NCBI RefSeq assembly: GCF_009834535.1 | Contig: NC_045696.1 | Span: 40,426,001-40,490,000 of the forward strand | Source of the DNA: Camelus ferus | Lineage: Eukaryota | DNA length: 64,000 nt | Direction of reading: 5' to 3' | Shown here: positions 13,195 through 26,079 of the stretch, piece by piece | Layout: the number at the start of each line of letters is the position of its first letter | Numbering within the stretch: the first letter of the stretch is position 1 | Translations under genes and position numbers: made by a program | The notes under the pieces: generated by a model | The model's input: only the letters and a program-made list of their open reading frames with translations | Database searches by the model: none | Told to the model about the DNA's origin: nothing

Positions 13195-13938
13195 CTCACA
13201 ACTATTATGAAACAAGACAAAACAACACAAAAAATAAGTGTTGGTGAGGATATGGAGAAATTGGAACCCTTGTGCACTGCTGGTGGAAAAAGTGAAATTG
13301 GGCAGCAGCTATGGAAAACTGTATGGAGGTTCCCCCAAAAATGAAAAATAGAATTACCATATGACCCAACATTTCCAGTTCTGGGTATATACCCCAAAGA
13401 ACTAAAAGCAGAGACTCAAATAGATATTTGTACATTCATATTCATAGCTGCATTATTCACAATATCTAAAAAGTGGAAGCAACCCAAATGTCCTTTGATG
13501 AATGAATCGATAAGCAAAATGTGGTATATACATACAGTGGAATATTACTCAGCCTTAAAAAGAAGGAAATTATGATACATGCAACATCACAGATTATCCT
13601 GGAGGGCAGGATGCTAAGAGAAATAAGCCAATGATGAAAGGACAAATATTGCATGTTCCACTGATATGAGGTGCCTGGAGAAGTCAAATTCATAGAGGCA
13701 GAAAGTAGAAGGGTGATTTCCAGGCACTAGCAGGGAGGCAGGAATGCGGAATTATTGCTTACTGGGTGTAGAGTTTGTTTTGCAAGATGAAAAGAGTTCT
13801 GGACATGGATGGTGGTGAGCATTGCACAACAATGTGATTGTACTTAATGCTACTGAACTGTACACTTAAAATTAGTCAAGATGGTAAATTTTATGTTATG
13901 TGTATTTTACCACAATTTAAAAAGTAATTAAAAAAATT
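13195..13938 (+). mobile_element. L1 3' fragment (L1MB-like)
   Basis: gtgttggtgaggatatggagaaattggaaccct, tagaattaccatatgacccaac, ggaatattactcagcctt and a 3' tail ttatgttatgtgtattttaccacaatt. Confidence 0.92.
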
Positions 13939-14589
13939 AAAAACTAGAAGGACAACATCTGCTAATAGGACAAGTCCCTGGTAGGGTTATGACCTCTGGC
14001 AACCTCCCTTACCTCCAGGTTCACCACAGTGTTCGCCAAATGGGTAAAGAGTCTAAGCAGCACCACTGTGGTGGTCCGGAAACCACAAGTTCCAGCCTCT
14101 CCCAGGGAGGCTCTGCAGATCACTCAGGGGACTACCACCTACTGCACCTCCTCTGCCTCAGCGGATGTGACCTTCTAGGGGCCTTAAGATCCAGCTGCTG
14201 GAGGCAGTCTACCTTTACCCGATGAGCCCAGAGTGCAAAAAGGAATGGTTTCCTTTCTTCTTCAAACCTTAACATGCAATCTCCATGTCAATTTTCTGGT
14301 TCCAAAGATTAGGTTTTTCTTCCTCTAAATGAGGCGATCTTTAGAGCTCATACATATTCAAGATGTGAATTTTTTTTAAAAGTAAGTTTTATTTCAGCCA
14401 CCTGACCTCACCTAGCCCTGTGGGGAGAAAGATGGAAAATTCATTGCCACTCTAAGCAGGGTACCCTACAGCTGACAGGAGAGGGGAAGTAAGCATGGTT
14501 TCTGCAACTTACAGATCCCCAAGGAACAAGGTCTCCCTCTCATAGCCAGAGGAGAAACACCGGTTCCACTGCAGGTTTTTTCTTACATG

Positions 14590-15072
14590 AGAAAATGGGT
14601 CAGGAATTCACTTCTGAGGACAGAGTGGGGATGGTTTGTCTCTGCTCCGTGATGTCTGGGAGGGAAATCAACAACCGGGACCTGTAATCATCTGGAAGCA
14701 TCTTCATTTACACATCTGGCTGTGGATGCTGGCTGTCATCAGGGATCTCAGCTGAGCTGTGGGACATGTCCTTTCCATGTGGTTTCTCTGTGTGGCCTAC
14801 CTTGGGCTTTCTCATTGTATCATACCTGGGTTCCAAGTGGGCATCCCAAGGGAGCAAGGTGGAAATGCATAGAATTTTTAAGATCTAGCCTCAGAAGTCA
14901 CAGAATATCCTTTCTACCATATTCTATCAGTGAAGGTGACAAATGCCTGCCCAGGTTCACAGAAAAGGAAGCCAGACCCCACCACTCAATGGGAGGAGTG
15001 TCAAGGTCACATGGTAAGAAGAGCATGTGGGATGGGAGACACTGGTGGCCACCTTTGGAAAATACAATCTGC
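14590..15072 (-). mobile_element. MaLR LTR, MLT1F/G-like
   Basis: Minus strand begins gcagattgtattttccaaaggtggccaccagtgtctcccatcccacatgctcttcttaccatgtgacc, matching the recalled MLT1G-type start. Confidence 0.75.
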
Positions 15073-18000
15073 TTTATGTCCACCTGGGTGTTCAGCATCT
15101 CATCTATAGTGGATATTTCGCTGGTGGACCTGGACAAAGATCCATACACTTTTGCCCACCCCGTTAGTTCCCTTCACATGCCTCTTCTCAGATCTCTTTG
15201 CTATTGAACTTCAAATATTATATCTTCCAGGCCCTTGACCCACTCAGCCACACAATTCACTATTGCTGAAATTCTGTGTTTATCTTTAGCTCAGACTATT
15301 ACTCTCTCCATTCAAAGATGACTAAACGTACATTTGGTAGCTCTGCCCAATAGAAGGATTCTCCTCACCATTGTCCGTTAAGGCCCCTCCCCGAGTGGGA
15401 CTGTGGTGCAGTAGCAGTCCATTTCCAGCTCTAATAACATATCAAGCCTGAACCAGTCATGAATATTTCCTTCAACATCATCAGCTGGTCATAGGGAACA
15501 CTTCATGAAGCCATAGGTGTGAGTGAGGAATATAAGACAGAGATCTTTGCCACCTGTTCATGTAAATTACTTATGACTTCTGGACCTACTTAGATGTGAT
15601 CCCATGTATACCATTTCTATTATTCAGTGGGTTGTTGCTGTATACACCCAACCTTGCAAAACCCAAGTCCAGAAGGGCAACTCTGATAATCTAATCATTT
15701 GATGTCCCGTAGTCAAATGCTCAGTTTCTGCTAGAACTCAGTATCATGCCAGTGGCTGCTTTTTCAATGGTTTGGTTGCCAGAGGTATGGCTTTAGCCTA
15801 GTACCCTGGAGTTTGTGCTGCAATTCTCTTTTTAGGTCCTGCCAGATTCCACACAGCATCATCAACTATCACCTAGCACCTTGGGATCTGCCACATCATT
15901 ATGAAATAAGAGGAGGAGGAGCTTGTATCACAGCCTAGGCCCACTGCTGAGCCCTCTCTTCTCTTGGCCCTGCTCACAACTGTCAGCCTTTCAACTCATC
16001 TGGTGAGTTAGAGCAGTATTTCCAAGTGTGGCATAGGCTATAAAATCTAAAGAGGTGCACTAAACACTGTTTCTATTTCTTGAATAGGTAGTCGGTGCTA
16101 GGAGATGAAAGATACAATAACTTTTCCTCTTCCTTGAAGGGGATACCCAGGCATGCCTCAGATATCCAGACTTCTAAAAATGTAATCAGTGTTGTAGGCC
16201 CCTGAATATTTATAATTTATCTCTCACCCTTTAGCTTGTATTTTACCAGGTCATCCGCAGTACTTGCCATTTCTTCCTCCTCAGATCCAATTAATACTAT
16301 GTCATCAATAAAATGGATTAATGTTATGTTTTGAGGAAGAGTCAAATAATTGAAGTCCTTTTGGATTGTATTATGACAAAGATCAGGAGAGCTAACCAGC
16401 CCTGATTCACAGCTCTGACTGAATACAAACTCAATTTTCTCAAGTGAATGCAAACTGCTTTTGATCTTTTTTCCTGATATGAACTGAATAGAACACATCG
16501 GCCAGATCAAAATCACAAAGCAAGTACTACAGGCTGTGTTGATTGGTTCAGCCGAAGATACAACACCTGGTACAGCCTCTATGCCTGAAGATACCATCTG
16601 ATTACATTTACAGTCATCCACCATCATTTGCCATGGTCCATCCCTGGCTCTGAACAACCATACTGGTAAACCAAACCCCTTGCAGCCTTTAAGTCTTTTC
16701 ATTTGGCATTAATCTATGCAATTCCACTAGAGTGAGGCAGTGCTTCTGAGTTAGTATCTTTGCAAGGAGTAAGGTAAAGGGAGGCAGTTTCAGAGGTTTC
16801 CATGTGACCTTCTTACCTTGAAGGTTCTTACTTCATAGGTCAGAGGATCAATGTGATGGTCCTACCAGCTTCTAAGTATATCCATCTCAATTATGCATTC
16901 AGCAACTGCAGAGATGACCATAAGTTGATGGACCCATTAAAACCACCATGAAACAGATCTGGGCCAGGACTCAATCACCTGGCTCCTGTATGCCCCACTC
17001 TAACAGGGGGTATGGTGGCAGTTTGGATTCTCTGTATCAATGTAGTTACCCTGTATTCAGTAGTCCTTGAAAGAGCTGGGTATTTCCCATTTCCTCAGTG
17101 TATAATTACCCCAAAAAATGGCCATAATTTCCTTTGGAAAAGGTATGAGTACATATCATATATACTGGTTGTGTCTCAGAGAACTTCCCCAGGGGGATCC
17201 AGATTCCCTTTAATCTAAGGACTCAAAGTTTGAAAACTGGCTTATGTCTGGAAACATGTCCAAAGATCATCTTTTTCCATTTTGGCAGTTAAAATCTGCC
17301 TTCTGCTTACCAGCTCTTGATTCTGCTGTTGTTGTTACATAAGTCATTAGATACCCTTACTAGCTGTCTATCTGTCTTGCCCCTAGGAGCACCATGGTCT
17401 GTGAAACACCTCAGATAACCTACATTCAAGGAATCCCTGACTGATGATTATATTCACTTTGCTTCTGATGTTAAGTGCTGCCAACTGCTTTTGCTGTTCT
17501 GGAATTCTACCTTACTCACTGACTCTAGAGCATCTCCTACTGTCATCTCTGGCCTGGACAGGACAGTCACCACTGAGTCTCTCAACTAAGTCAGTGCCCA
17601 CACACTACTGCAGTCTTATGGCTTTAGTGTAAGAACTATCTTCTGGGCCCTCTCCCAGGGGAGACAGTCAGCTGGTAGGTTCTCTGGTCTCACATAATAA
17701 ATCCATTCTAAAGCCCACCACTGCATCTCCTTAATAATCCTGATGTCTCCATCTCACTTACTATAGGTTACCATTATGTCTATGCTTGAAGCTGCCATCC
17801 CCACTGGATGCCAGGACTTGATAGGACATTAAATCATCAGCCACTGCCCTGTATTAGTAACCTCTCTCCTACCCAGGTTCACACACTGTTGGTCCAATAC
17901 TCTCAAGATCCATTACCTTATGAAATTTGTGGTTCCTGCTGAAATCTATGTCTATATCTATACCTATATCTATATCTATATCTATATCTATATCTATATC

Positions 18001-18732
18001 TATAGCCTTTCTTGTAGGCTGTATCTTCCAGTCTGTCTATACCGGGATCTAACTCTAATTACTGGTGAGGAAGTAATGAGGGGAGGTGAAGGTTCAAACA
18101 TCACTAAGTGAGGCCTTGACTTGTCCCCAGGTAATGAGAGGTCACTTTCCTCCAGCAAGGGAGAAGGGCCCCTTCTGTCAGCCCAGAAGGCTCAAGAATC
18201 TAGGGATTCTGGAAACTCAACACATCTACCAAAAAGTCTCCATTTCAGTCTCAGTCCCTCTCCTTCTCTTTTAGGACTTCATTTTAGCATAGGTAACATG
18301 ACGGCCTGATGCTTTCAATCTCTTTGGAGCTCTGCCACCCTTTTGATCAAACTCTGACCTGAATTTATAGTAAAATATGGTCTCTGGTTGCAGAAGAGAA
18401 GGACCTCTTTAAACACTTCTGGATTTCTCAGCATATTCAGAATTTATAATAATCAGTAACTCCACAATCTTAATAATTACAATTGCCCCATATCTTTTAA
18501 GTGTTAAAGCTAACGCACAAGCCAGGATTTCCCCCTTCTAACTGTACTTCATCCTAATCTATCACAGGTGAGGGACTGTGTCCTAGTCATTGAGATGCTA
18601 TAGTACATGAGAAGTTTTTACCATTCTTCTTACTGCTGTCAATTATATCTTTGTTACCATCTTAACAGTGAGAAAACTGATTCCCAAATTTTGTCTTGAG
18701 GGTCTGTTTTCTAGGGTATTTCCAATATCAAC
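15073..18732 (-). mobile_element. Decayed ERV-L (class III) internal region: leader/gag, protease, RT, RNase H; no integrase seen
   Basis: Protease motif FQGLLNTG at 17049-17072. RT ORF 16217-16702 (PVW..DGPWQMMVD..NQMV, SPDLCHN, LPQNITLIHFIDDIVLIG) is HERV-L-like. WAEL near 15340 and EMLNTQVD near 15090 fit RNase H. Many stops and frameshifts. Confidence 0.88.
17944..18004 (+). repeat. (ATCTAT)n microsatellite, about 10 units
   Basis: atctatgtctatatctatacctatatctatatctatatc... read directly. Confidence 0.95.
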
Positions 18733-19140
18733 TATCTTAATTTAGGTTGCTTCCAAAACAGACCCTGAGACCAGGACTTGGGTGCAGGCATATTATTTGG
18801 GAGGGATCTCAGGAAGCACAAGTTAGAGAGTGGGGAAAGGATACAGGAAAAACAGAAAGGCTATAAACTGTGAAATGTATTTCAGAATTGTGCCACCAAA
18901 GGATGGAGAATTTGGAGCATTATCTACTAACACCTGTTTCCCTTTGGTTTAGGGTTGCTCTTGGGAGCATTAACTTCGTTGAACCTTGGGCTGAACAAGC
19001 TCCTGTGGTGCCAGAGAAGCAAACAGTAGGGATAGTCAGGGAGGGAAGTTGTTAGTATGACGGAAATGGTCTACTACAGCTGCAAGGAAGCTCAGTCAGT
19101 GGCCAAAGGAAAATGGAGCAGGGAATCAGCAGTATTGCTT
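18733..19140 (-). mobile_element. ERV-L LTR, LTR33-like; positioned as the 5' LTR of the adjacent provirus
   Basis: Plus strand cagaccctgagaccaggacttgggtgcaggcatattatttgggagggatctcaggaagcac matches the recalled reverse LTR33. It directly abuts a degraded PBS/leader-like sequence (minus gttgatattggaaataccctagaaaacagacc). Confidence 0.7.
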
Positions 19141-19185
19141 CAAAGTCATAATGAAAGAAGAGGACAGTATGATTAAAAAGGCATT

Positions 19186-20055
19186 GTGTCTGCCTCCTGG
19201 TTCCTAACACAGAGTTCCTAAATTCCTTGGAATTTCCTTAGTGATAAAGGCACTAGGAGCATCTTTTGTTTCAATATTTGGTTTTTGACCCGTTTCTGAC
19301 ACAGAACTCCTAAATTCCCTGGAATTTCCTGGTTGGTAGGAGAATCATTTCTTCTAATAAAGTGTCACTTGGTGAGCTCCTGGATAGAGGCTGGTCACCA
19401 GAAAGACTAAGCCATGATTAGAAGCTTGACACTTTCAGACCCACTCCCCATCCTCCCAGAAGGGGAGAGGGGCTGGAGATTGAGTTAATGATGGATCATG
19501 CCTACATAATGTAGCCTCCATAAAACCCCCAAAAGAATGGGGTTCAGAGAGCTTACCAGGTTGAACAGAACCATATGTCAGGAGATTGTCACACTCCAAC
19601 TCCATGGAAACAGAAGTTCCTGCACTTGGGGACCCTTCTGAACCTTACCCTATGCATCTCTTCATCTTGCTGTTCATCCTTTATACAATAAATTGGTTGG
19701 TATAAGTATTTCTCTGAGTTCTGCGAGCTTTTCTAGTAAACTACTGAACCCAAGGAGGGTGTGCAGAAGAACCTCTGATTTATAACTGATAAGTCAGAAG
19801 CACAGGTGACAACTGAGGCCTTGTGACTGGCATCTAAGCAGGAGGGTGGGCAGTCTTGTGGGACTAAGCCCTTAACCTACAGAGTGTGTACTAACTCCAG
19901 CTAGTGTCAGAACTAAATTGAATTACAGAACACTCAGCTGGTGTGGTATCACAGAGAATTGCTTGATGTGTGGAAAACCCACACATCTGGTGCCAGACGT
20001 ATTGTGAGTATGGTACTATGTGAAAGTAAAGCAGAAACACAGAAGTGGATTTCCC
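19186..20055 (+). mobile_element. MER21-like solo LTR
   Basis: ggctggtcaccagaaagactaagccatgattagaagcttg, gggctggagattgagttaat, tttctctgagttctgcgagc and cagtcttgtgggactaagcccttaacct are MER21-type motifs. Confidence 0.78.
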
Positions 20056-21199
20056 AAGTCGGGGGAAATATATATGTATATATATATACTCCCTCAATGG
20101 ATTTAGCATAGCATATTAATCATAACTGAAGAGACAGTTAGTGAACTGGAAGTTACATCTGAGGAAATCACCCTAAATATATACACAAATAGACAAAGGG
20201 AAGAAAAATATGAAAAGGCTAATAAAGATACTAGTGATATTGGAACAGAGATGAACAATGACCAGTGGAGCAGAATGGAGGGTCTTAAAATTGCCCCACA
20301 AACACATGGACACTTGGTTATTTGATGTCACTGCAAAGAACTGAAGAAAAAAGACTATTTAAATGAATGGTGCTAGTACTACTGGTTATCCGTGAGACAA
20401 AGTGAAACCCCAACCCCATACAGATGAATCAAATCCATACGGACTCTTTTTAGAATGTAAATTCCAAGGGATCCTTTGGTTTCATGTATGTGTGAAAAGT
20501 GGTATATGTTTTGCTGGGGTTGAGGGGATGTCAGTGGTTCTTTATTGTGGATAAAATCACTATTACAAAGGTTCACTTGATAAATTAAAAAAAAAACACA
20601 CTTGCTGAACTTTTTCTTGGCAACCCACCTGATTCATTTCTCCTCTGCATTTATGCCTTTAAAATGTCATCAAATCCCAAAACTGGTAGGCATCAGATCT
20701 CCGGAGAATTCTTAAAGAAAAAATTCTCATGCCCCATCTAGGACTTACTCAATCAGAACCTCTAGGAGGTAGCACTCAGGAGTTTGTATTTATAACAAAC
20801 ATTTTCAGGAAATTCCACCACAAAGCCAGAACTGGGAACCACTGTTTTAGATCATTATTAGGTTTCAGAATTCATTGAGAAAACAGAAGCCACAGGAACA
20901 CCATCAAATCTTGCAGCCATCAAATCTCTTTACAATTAAATGACTGTTCATGTCAGATGGCATCTCCTCTCTTGGCTCTGGATCTCCAACCGTTTCCCCT
21001 CTGCAAGAACCTGACTCCTGTAATTATCCCCTCTCTTCCTTGACTCTTAGCAGCATGCCCTTATTTGGGGACCACTCTTCTTCCTTATCTCCATGACAAT
21101 CACATTTGCCTGGCTCTGCTCTTCCCTCTCTGGCCATTCTCTCCCGGGCTCTGTGGTCTCTCCTCCTCCACCTGACGTCTGAATAGTGGAGGCCCAGCA

Positions 21200-21480
21200 A
21201 TCTTAGACAGCTTAGGCTGCCATACAACTTACCATAGACTTAAACAACAAATGTTTATTTCTCACAATCCTGGAGGCAGGAAGTCCAAGATCCTGGTGCT
21301 GGCATGGTCAGATTCCTAGTGAGCACTGTCTTCTTAATTTATAGAGAACCAGCTTGTTGTGTCCTCACACAGTAGAAAGAGAGCTACCTAGCTCTCTGGC
21401 CTCTTCTTATAAGGGCACTAAACCCATTCATTAGGGCTCCACTCTCATTACTAAACTACCTCCTAAAGGCCCCATCTCCA
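21200..21480 (-). mobile_element. MLT1A-like MaLR LTR fragment inserted in an L2 remnant (about 21000-21800)
   Basis: tttatttctcacaatcctggaggcaggaagtccaagatc and ctcttcttataagggcactaaacccattcat; pyrimidine-rich L2-like flanks. Confidence 0.8.
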
Positions 21481-21880
21481 AGCCACTGCTATCTCACTTG
21501 GATAAATGCAACAGCCTGCAAACTCCTCTTCCTGCTTCAACTGTTCTTGCACACCAGCCAGCTTGGAAAATGTAAGCAGATCTCCCAGACTAAAAATCCC
21601 CTAGGGTTTCCCACTTGAAATTCTTATCATGGCTGAGGAGCCTTTCCAGTTCTGGCCCCTGCCTCCCTTTCCACCCTTCTCTCTTGCCAAGCTCCTCCAC
21701 TTACCCTCCCAGCCAGGTCATGATTGCTGTTTATTTCCTTTAGAGTATTTTATTATCTGAAATGATCTATTTCTTTACTTGTTTGTTGTTTGTTTCTACC
21801 TGGTCTAAGACTAAACTCATCATTTCACCCCCCAAACTGCAAAGGGAGTAAGTAGGAGCTGTGGCCTTTAGTAGATGAAT

Positions 21881-22033
21881 GAGGGCCAGGACTAGGGTGA
21901 GGCAAGCAGGCACCTCCAGCACATTTAAGGAGGCACTCACTCTCAGGTTTGCGCAAGTGCCAGCCTGAGAGTGAGTGACTCCTTACATTTTGCACCCTGG
22001 GCCTCTGTTTGCCTCCCCCAAGTCCCAGCCTTG
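21881..22033. mobile_element. Palindromic hAT MITE, MER96-like
   Basis: Ends agggccaggactagggtgaggcaa / ttgcctcccccaagtcccagcct. Inner inverted repeat 21926-21947 vs 21964-21985 (21/22 paired). Confidence 0.82.
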
Positions 22034-23184
22034 AAGAGAGGACATATAGGGTGTCATTTTTCTCTCATCCTTTGATTTCTTACTGTCATCTGCAATTTGC
22101 TGAACTCAAATCTGAAGCCAGAGCTCAGGGGACATGAGCGTTGTAGGGCACAGAAAGGTAGAGTGTTAAATGGAAAATATTCAATCCAGTATAGTACCTT
22201 ATGGAGGACAATTAAATGAATTATGATATAAAACACCTAGAGAGGTACCTGGAACATGCTGCTGCTGCTGCTCCTGTTATTATCATCATTATCACGGCCC
22301 ATCTGATGCAAAAATTTGAATACACTATCAGGGGCTCATGGACTCCCTGAAGTAAATTTATAGACTGAGTTCAAGAACTAAGAACCCCTGCCCTGATTAA
22401 GCATTTTTCAGGCTGTATGGTGAACCTTCACAAAACAGCCTTTAAACTTTTTTTTCCCTCCTTCTAATCCACTCCTTCCCAACTGTTTTACATAACAATA
22501 TCCATAAAAATGGCAATATTTGTATAACACTGGAATGAGGAGATGAGGTTACCCTCAGCGTGAAGCAACTGCCCAGGGGCTCTCCTGCGCCAAAGACTGA
22601 GGGGGTGAGTATTGTGTCACACCCACTCCAGACAGAAAGCTCTGCTCAAATCTTTTATCTAACATGTACAGTAACACCAATTTAGCTTTCTTAAGAGAAT
22701 ACTTTCATCACATCCTTTGCATCTAATGAACCCTAATATCCAGAATTCTTGGTCTGGCATTCAAGATTAAGGCAAGGAGTTGGAAGAGACCTCAGGAGTC
22801 ATTCAATTTATTTCTTTTGTTTCACAGATGAGCAAGGTGAAGCCCAGCAAGGTGAAATGACTTGTCCAAAACAATATGCCAATCGACATCCATTGACAAG
22901 GTCAAGTTTAAGGACCACCTCCTTTATGACAGCTTCTCAGTTCATCCCATTAAGAAATGAATACTTCCTCCTTCAAATTCTCACAGTACTTATTCAGATA
23001 CTGCACAGGAAGAGGGAGCAGATAAAGACCTGTTTCAGCTTGAGTTTCTCCATGTTAGATGAAGTGATCAGACTCTAGGGTAAAGGATTTCACAATAGAC
23101 TGATTTACAAATTAGGATGTTGAGTCACTGATAAATAGAACAGTTTAATGGATGTACAACTTAGGCTGGCTAGCTAATATCATC

Positions 23185-23402
23185 TGAGGTCAGCAAAATT
23201 TTTTCTGCAAAGGACCAGGCAGTAAATATATGAGGGCTACATAAAATCTCTATTGCATATTTTTCTTCTCTTTTTGTTATTGGTTCATTTTATTTTGTCT
23301 TTTCTTTTTCTTAACAATGCTTTGAGCTAAAAACATTCTTAGCTCACCAGGACAAAACAAGCTATGGGCTGCATTTGGCTTGAGGCCTTAGTTTGCTGAC
23401 AC
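23185..23402. mobile_element. MER58-like hAT-Charlie fragment
   Basis: ggtcagcaaaattttttctgcaaaggaccaggcagtaaata ... tagtttgctgac inverted ends. Confidence 0.7.
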
Positions 23403-24149
23403 TTCATGTCTGTTGCCAGAAAGAAAGCTGACTTGGGAAACAAACTGAACTATCAGAAGGCTGTTTGGTAAGTAAAACAGAGAAAAGGCAGTTCAAATTC
23501 AGTCAGGCAGCAATGTACTTTGAGTGTCTACTCTGTGTCAGGTACTATCCTTGGTCTTGGGGCTACAGTCATGAATAAGAGAGATTTAATTACAGTCCCC
23601 AAGATGATGGGAGAGGGGGTGTGTGATGAGATATGACTGAAACATTATAAATAGGGGAGTTTCATAATGATCCTGACTGCTGTGAGGAAGCAAGACTGAG
23701 GTGGGACAAGAAAAGAAGTAGGGAGAGTGGTTAGAAGCCTATTACAGTGGTCCAAGAAAGAGATAACTATCTCAGGCCAAGGCTGTACTGATGAAAGTGA
23801 TGGAGAGGATGGTTAAATGTTTAGATATGAGATATATTTTGGAGATATATCCAACCAGACTTACCAATAAATCAGACGAGAATAAATTAGTGGGTGGGTG
23901 CTGCCACTTACTGATGTTAAGGAGGTTAGAAGAAGGTGAAAGTAGTTGGGATCCAGGGCCAAGAGGAAGACGGATCCTGGGGTAAGATCAGAGAATGGGA
24001 AAGTGAACTCACATAGGAAAGGCAGTAGGACTGTCTGGCAGTTTTGAGTGTCATTTGAGATAAAGGGTCTATTACTGGAATCTTAGTGAACCCTTAGTGA
24101 ATAGCACCTAACTACTGAAAATCTGTATTTTCTATAAGTGGATCTTTCC

Positions 24150-24960
24150 CTTTGTATTTTAAATTATATAAATAAGTGTTCTTCATATCACAAACATATA
24201 TGTAATGTACCTATAAGTTATAGGCATAATACTTACATGCAAACCCACTCTACCTGAATTAGAACTTTACCATTAAATTACATTTACTTTTGTTCTTTCT
24301 AATCCCATGTCCCTGACCACTCCCCTCCTCTGCCAATCCATATCCTGAATTTTGTGCTTATTATTCTCTTATCTTAAAATCACATGTGTATTTTTTGCCT
24401 AAAGAATTTTTAATTTTCCTTGTATTTGAACTTTATAAAATGACACATTATAACTGACTATACTTCAATAAAAAAAGACTTGAGGACATCTGGAAGTTGA
24501 TGCTGTGAAATAAAGTAGGATATTTATTTTCCAAAAAATGGCACCTGGGAATTGGCTGTTTTAAACCCATCATTATGTTTCCAAAATATATCCACATTAT
24601 TATGTGTAGATAATATGTATTATTATTCATTTATTTTGCTTGTGTGATTATGCTACAGTTTAGTTATCCTATATAAACAGATTTGGGTCGTTTCCACTTT
24701 TTTGCTATTATTAACTGTGTCACTTGTGAATATTCCTTTATAGTTTCCTGGTACACACATGCAAGAGCTTCCTAAATGTATACAGTTAGGAGTGGAAACT
24801 GCTGTATCAAAAGATGCATTATGTTGAACTTTACAAGATTTTGCCATATTGCTCTTCTAAGTGGTTTTATCAATTTACAGTCATGGCAGTAATGTGTAAG
24901 AATTCTCATTGATGCACATACTCTCCAGAATGTGGTACTGACAGACTTCTTAATTTTGGC
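24150..24960 (-). mobile_element. Ancient L1 (L1ME/MC-like) remnant
   Basis: catttgggt-like gatttgggtcgtttccacttttttgctatta, ttaggagtggaaactgctgtatca and agtggttttatcaatttaca motifs. Confidence 0.65.
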
Positions 24961-26079
24961 ACTTCCTTTTCCATATTAGTATTTAACAACTTTCCTTTTC
25001 AATCAACCACCATAATCTTCTGCCATCTACATTTCCTCATGAAAGATACATTACTTTTGATGATTACAGATTATTTTACATTTGCCACATTTATATCTAA
25101 TATCTTCCCTTTTAGGACGTTTAGAGCATACTGATAAAGTCTACACAGGAATGCATCTATAAGCCATATATTAGTTGGGTGGGTTTGGGGTAATTTTTCA
25201 CTTATGGCTAATTCTATCCTCATCAGATTAAGAGTCTCGGTCCTAGTCATTTTCGAGGATGTACCCTATCATTAGTTTACACATTTATTCTTACAATTTT
25301 TGTATTTCCTCTACTAGAGTTGGTGACATCTGGTAAGTGGGATATATCCTACTCATCTTTAAACCACTATTCCAATCATAATGCCGGACACTGTGTATAC
25401 TTAACACATCTTTGTATGACCTTCACCTCTGTGTGCGAAGACTGCCCTGAAAAGTATCATCCACACTTAAAACTGGCCCCAGCACTCGCCGCCCAGAGGG
25501 GTTTCCCTGCCCATCTCTGCCCACTTCAGGGAGTGAGACAAGCACTGTAGGTCTCTTACCTACACTTAGGCAGCAGTGGGCTCCCTTCTTTTTTCCTTCT
25601 TTGTTTCACAAAACCGGGGTGAGGGACACCGTAACCGAAGTGGGTGTAGGGAGGCTGACTCTAAACTCTCCGGACCACTTGGATCTGTCGGTGGGCGACC
25701 ACTTCCATACCAATCAACATTTTCTTTACTCATACAGTATAAAAAGAACAGTACCTTCATCTATAACAAAGCCCCAAAATTCACAATCATGAGTTCTTGT
25801 GCACGTTTTCTAAGTACAAACACATGGATGCTCAAAACACTGACACACAAACGAAAACACACCCACGTGCTCTGGTCTTCTCCCGCGACTCAAGCTCTTT
25901 GAAACTGAACAGAGAAAAATCGTCTTAGCATCTCGTCTCGCACTTTCGACAATATCTATTCGGCAAAAATAAAACCTAAAAAAAAGGTTTTAAAAGAAGC
26001 ATTTTAAAAAACGATAATTTTTTTTTACGTGTCTTCTTGTCTTTATGCTTTTGTGAGGATTTACTTTGAGTCTCCAGAC

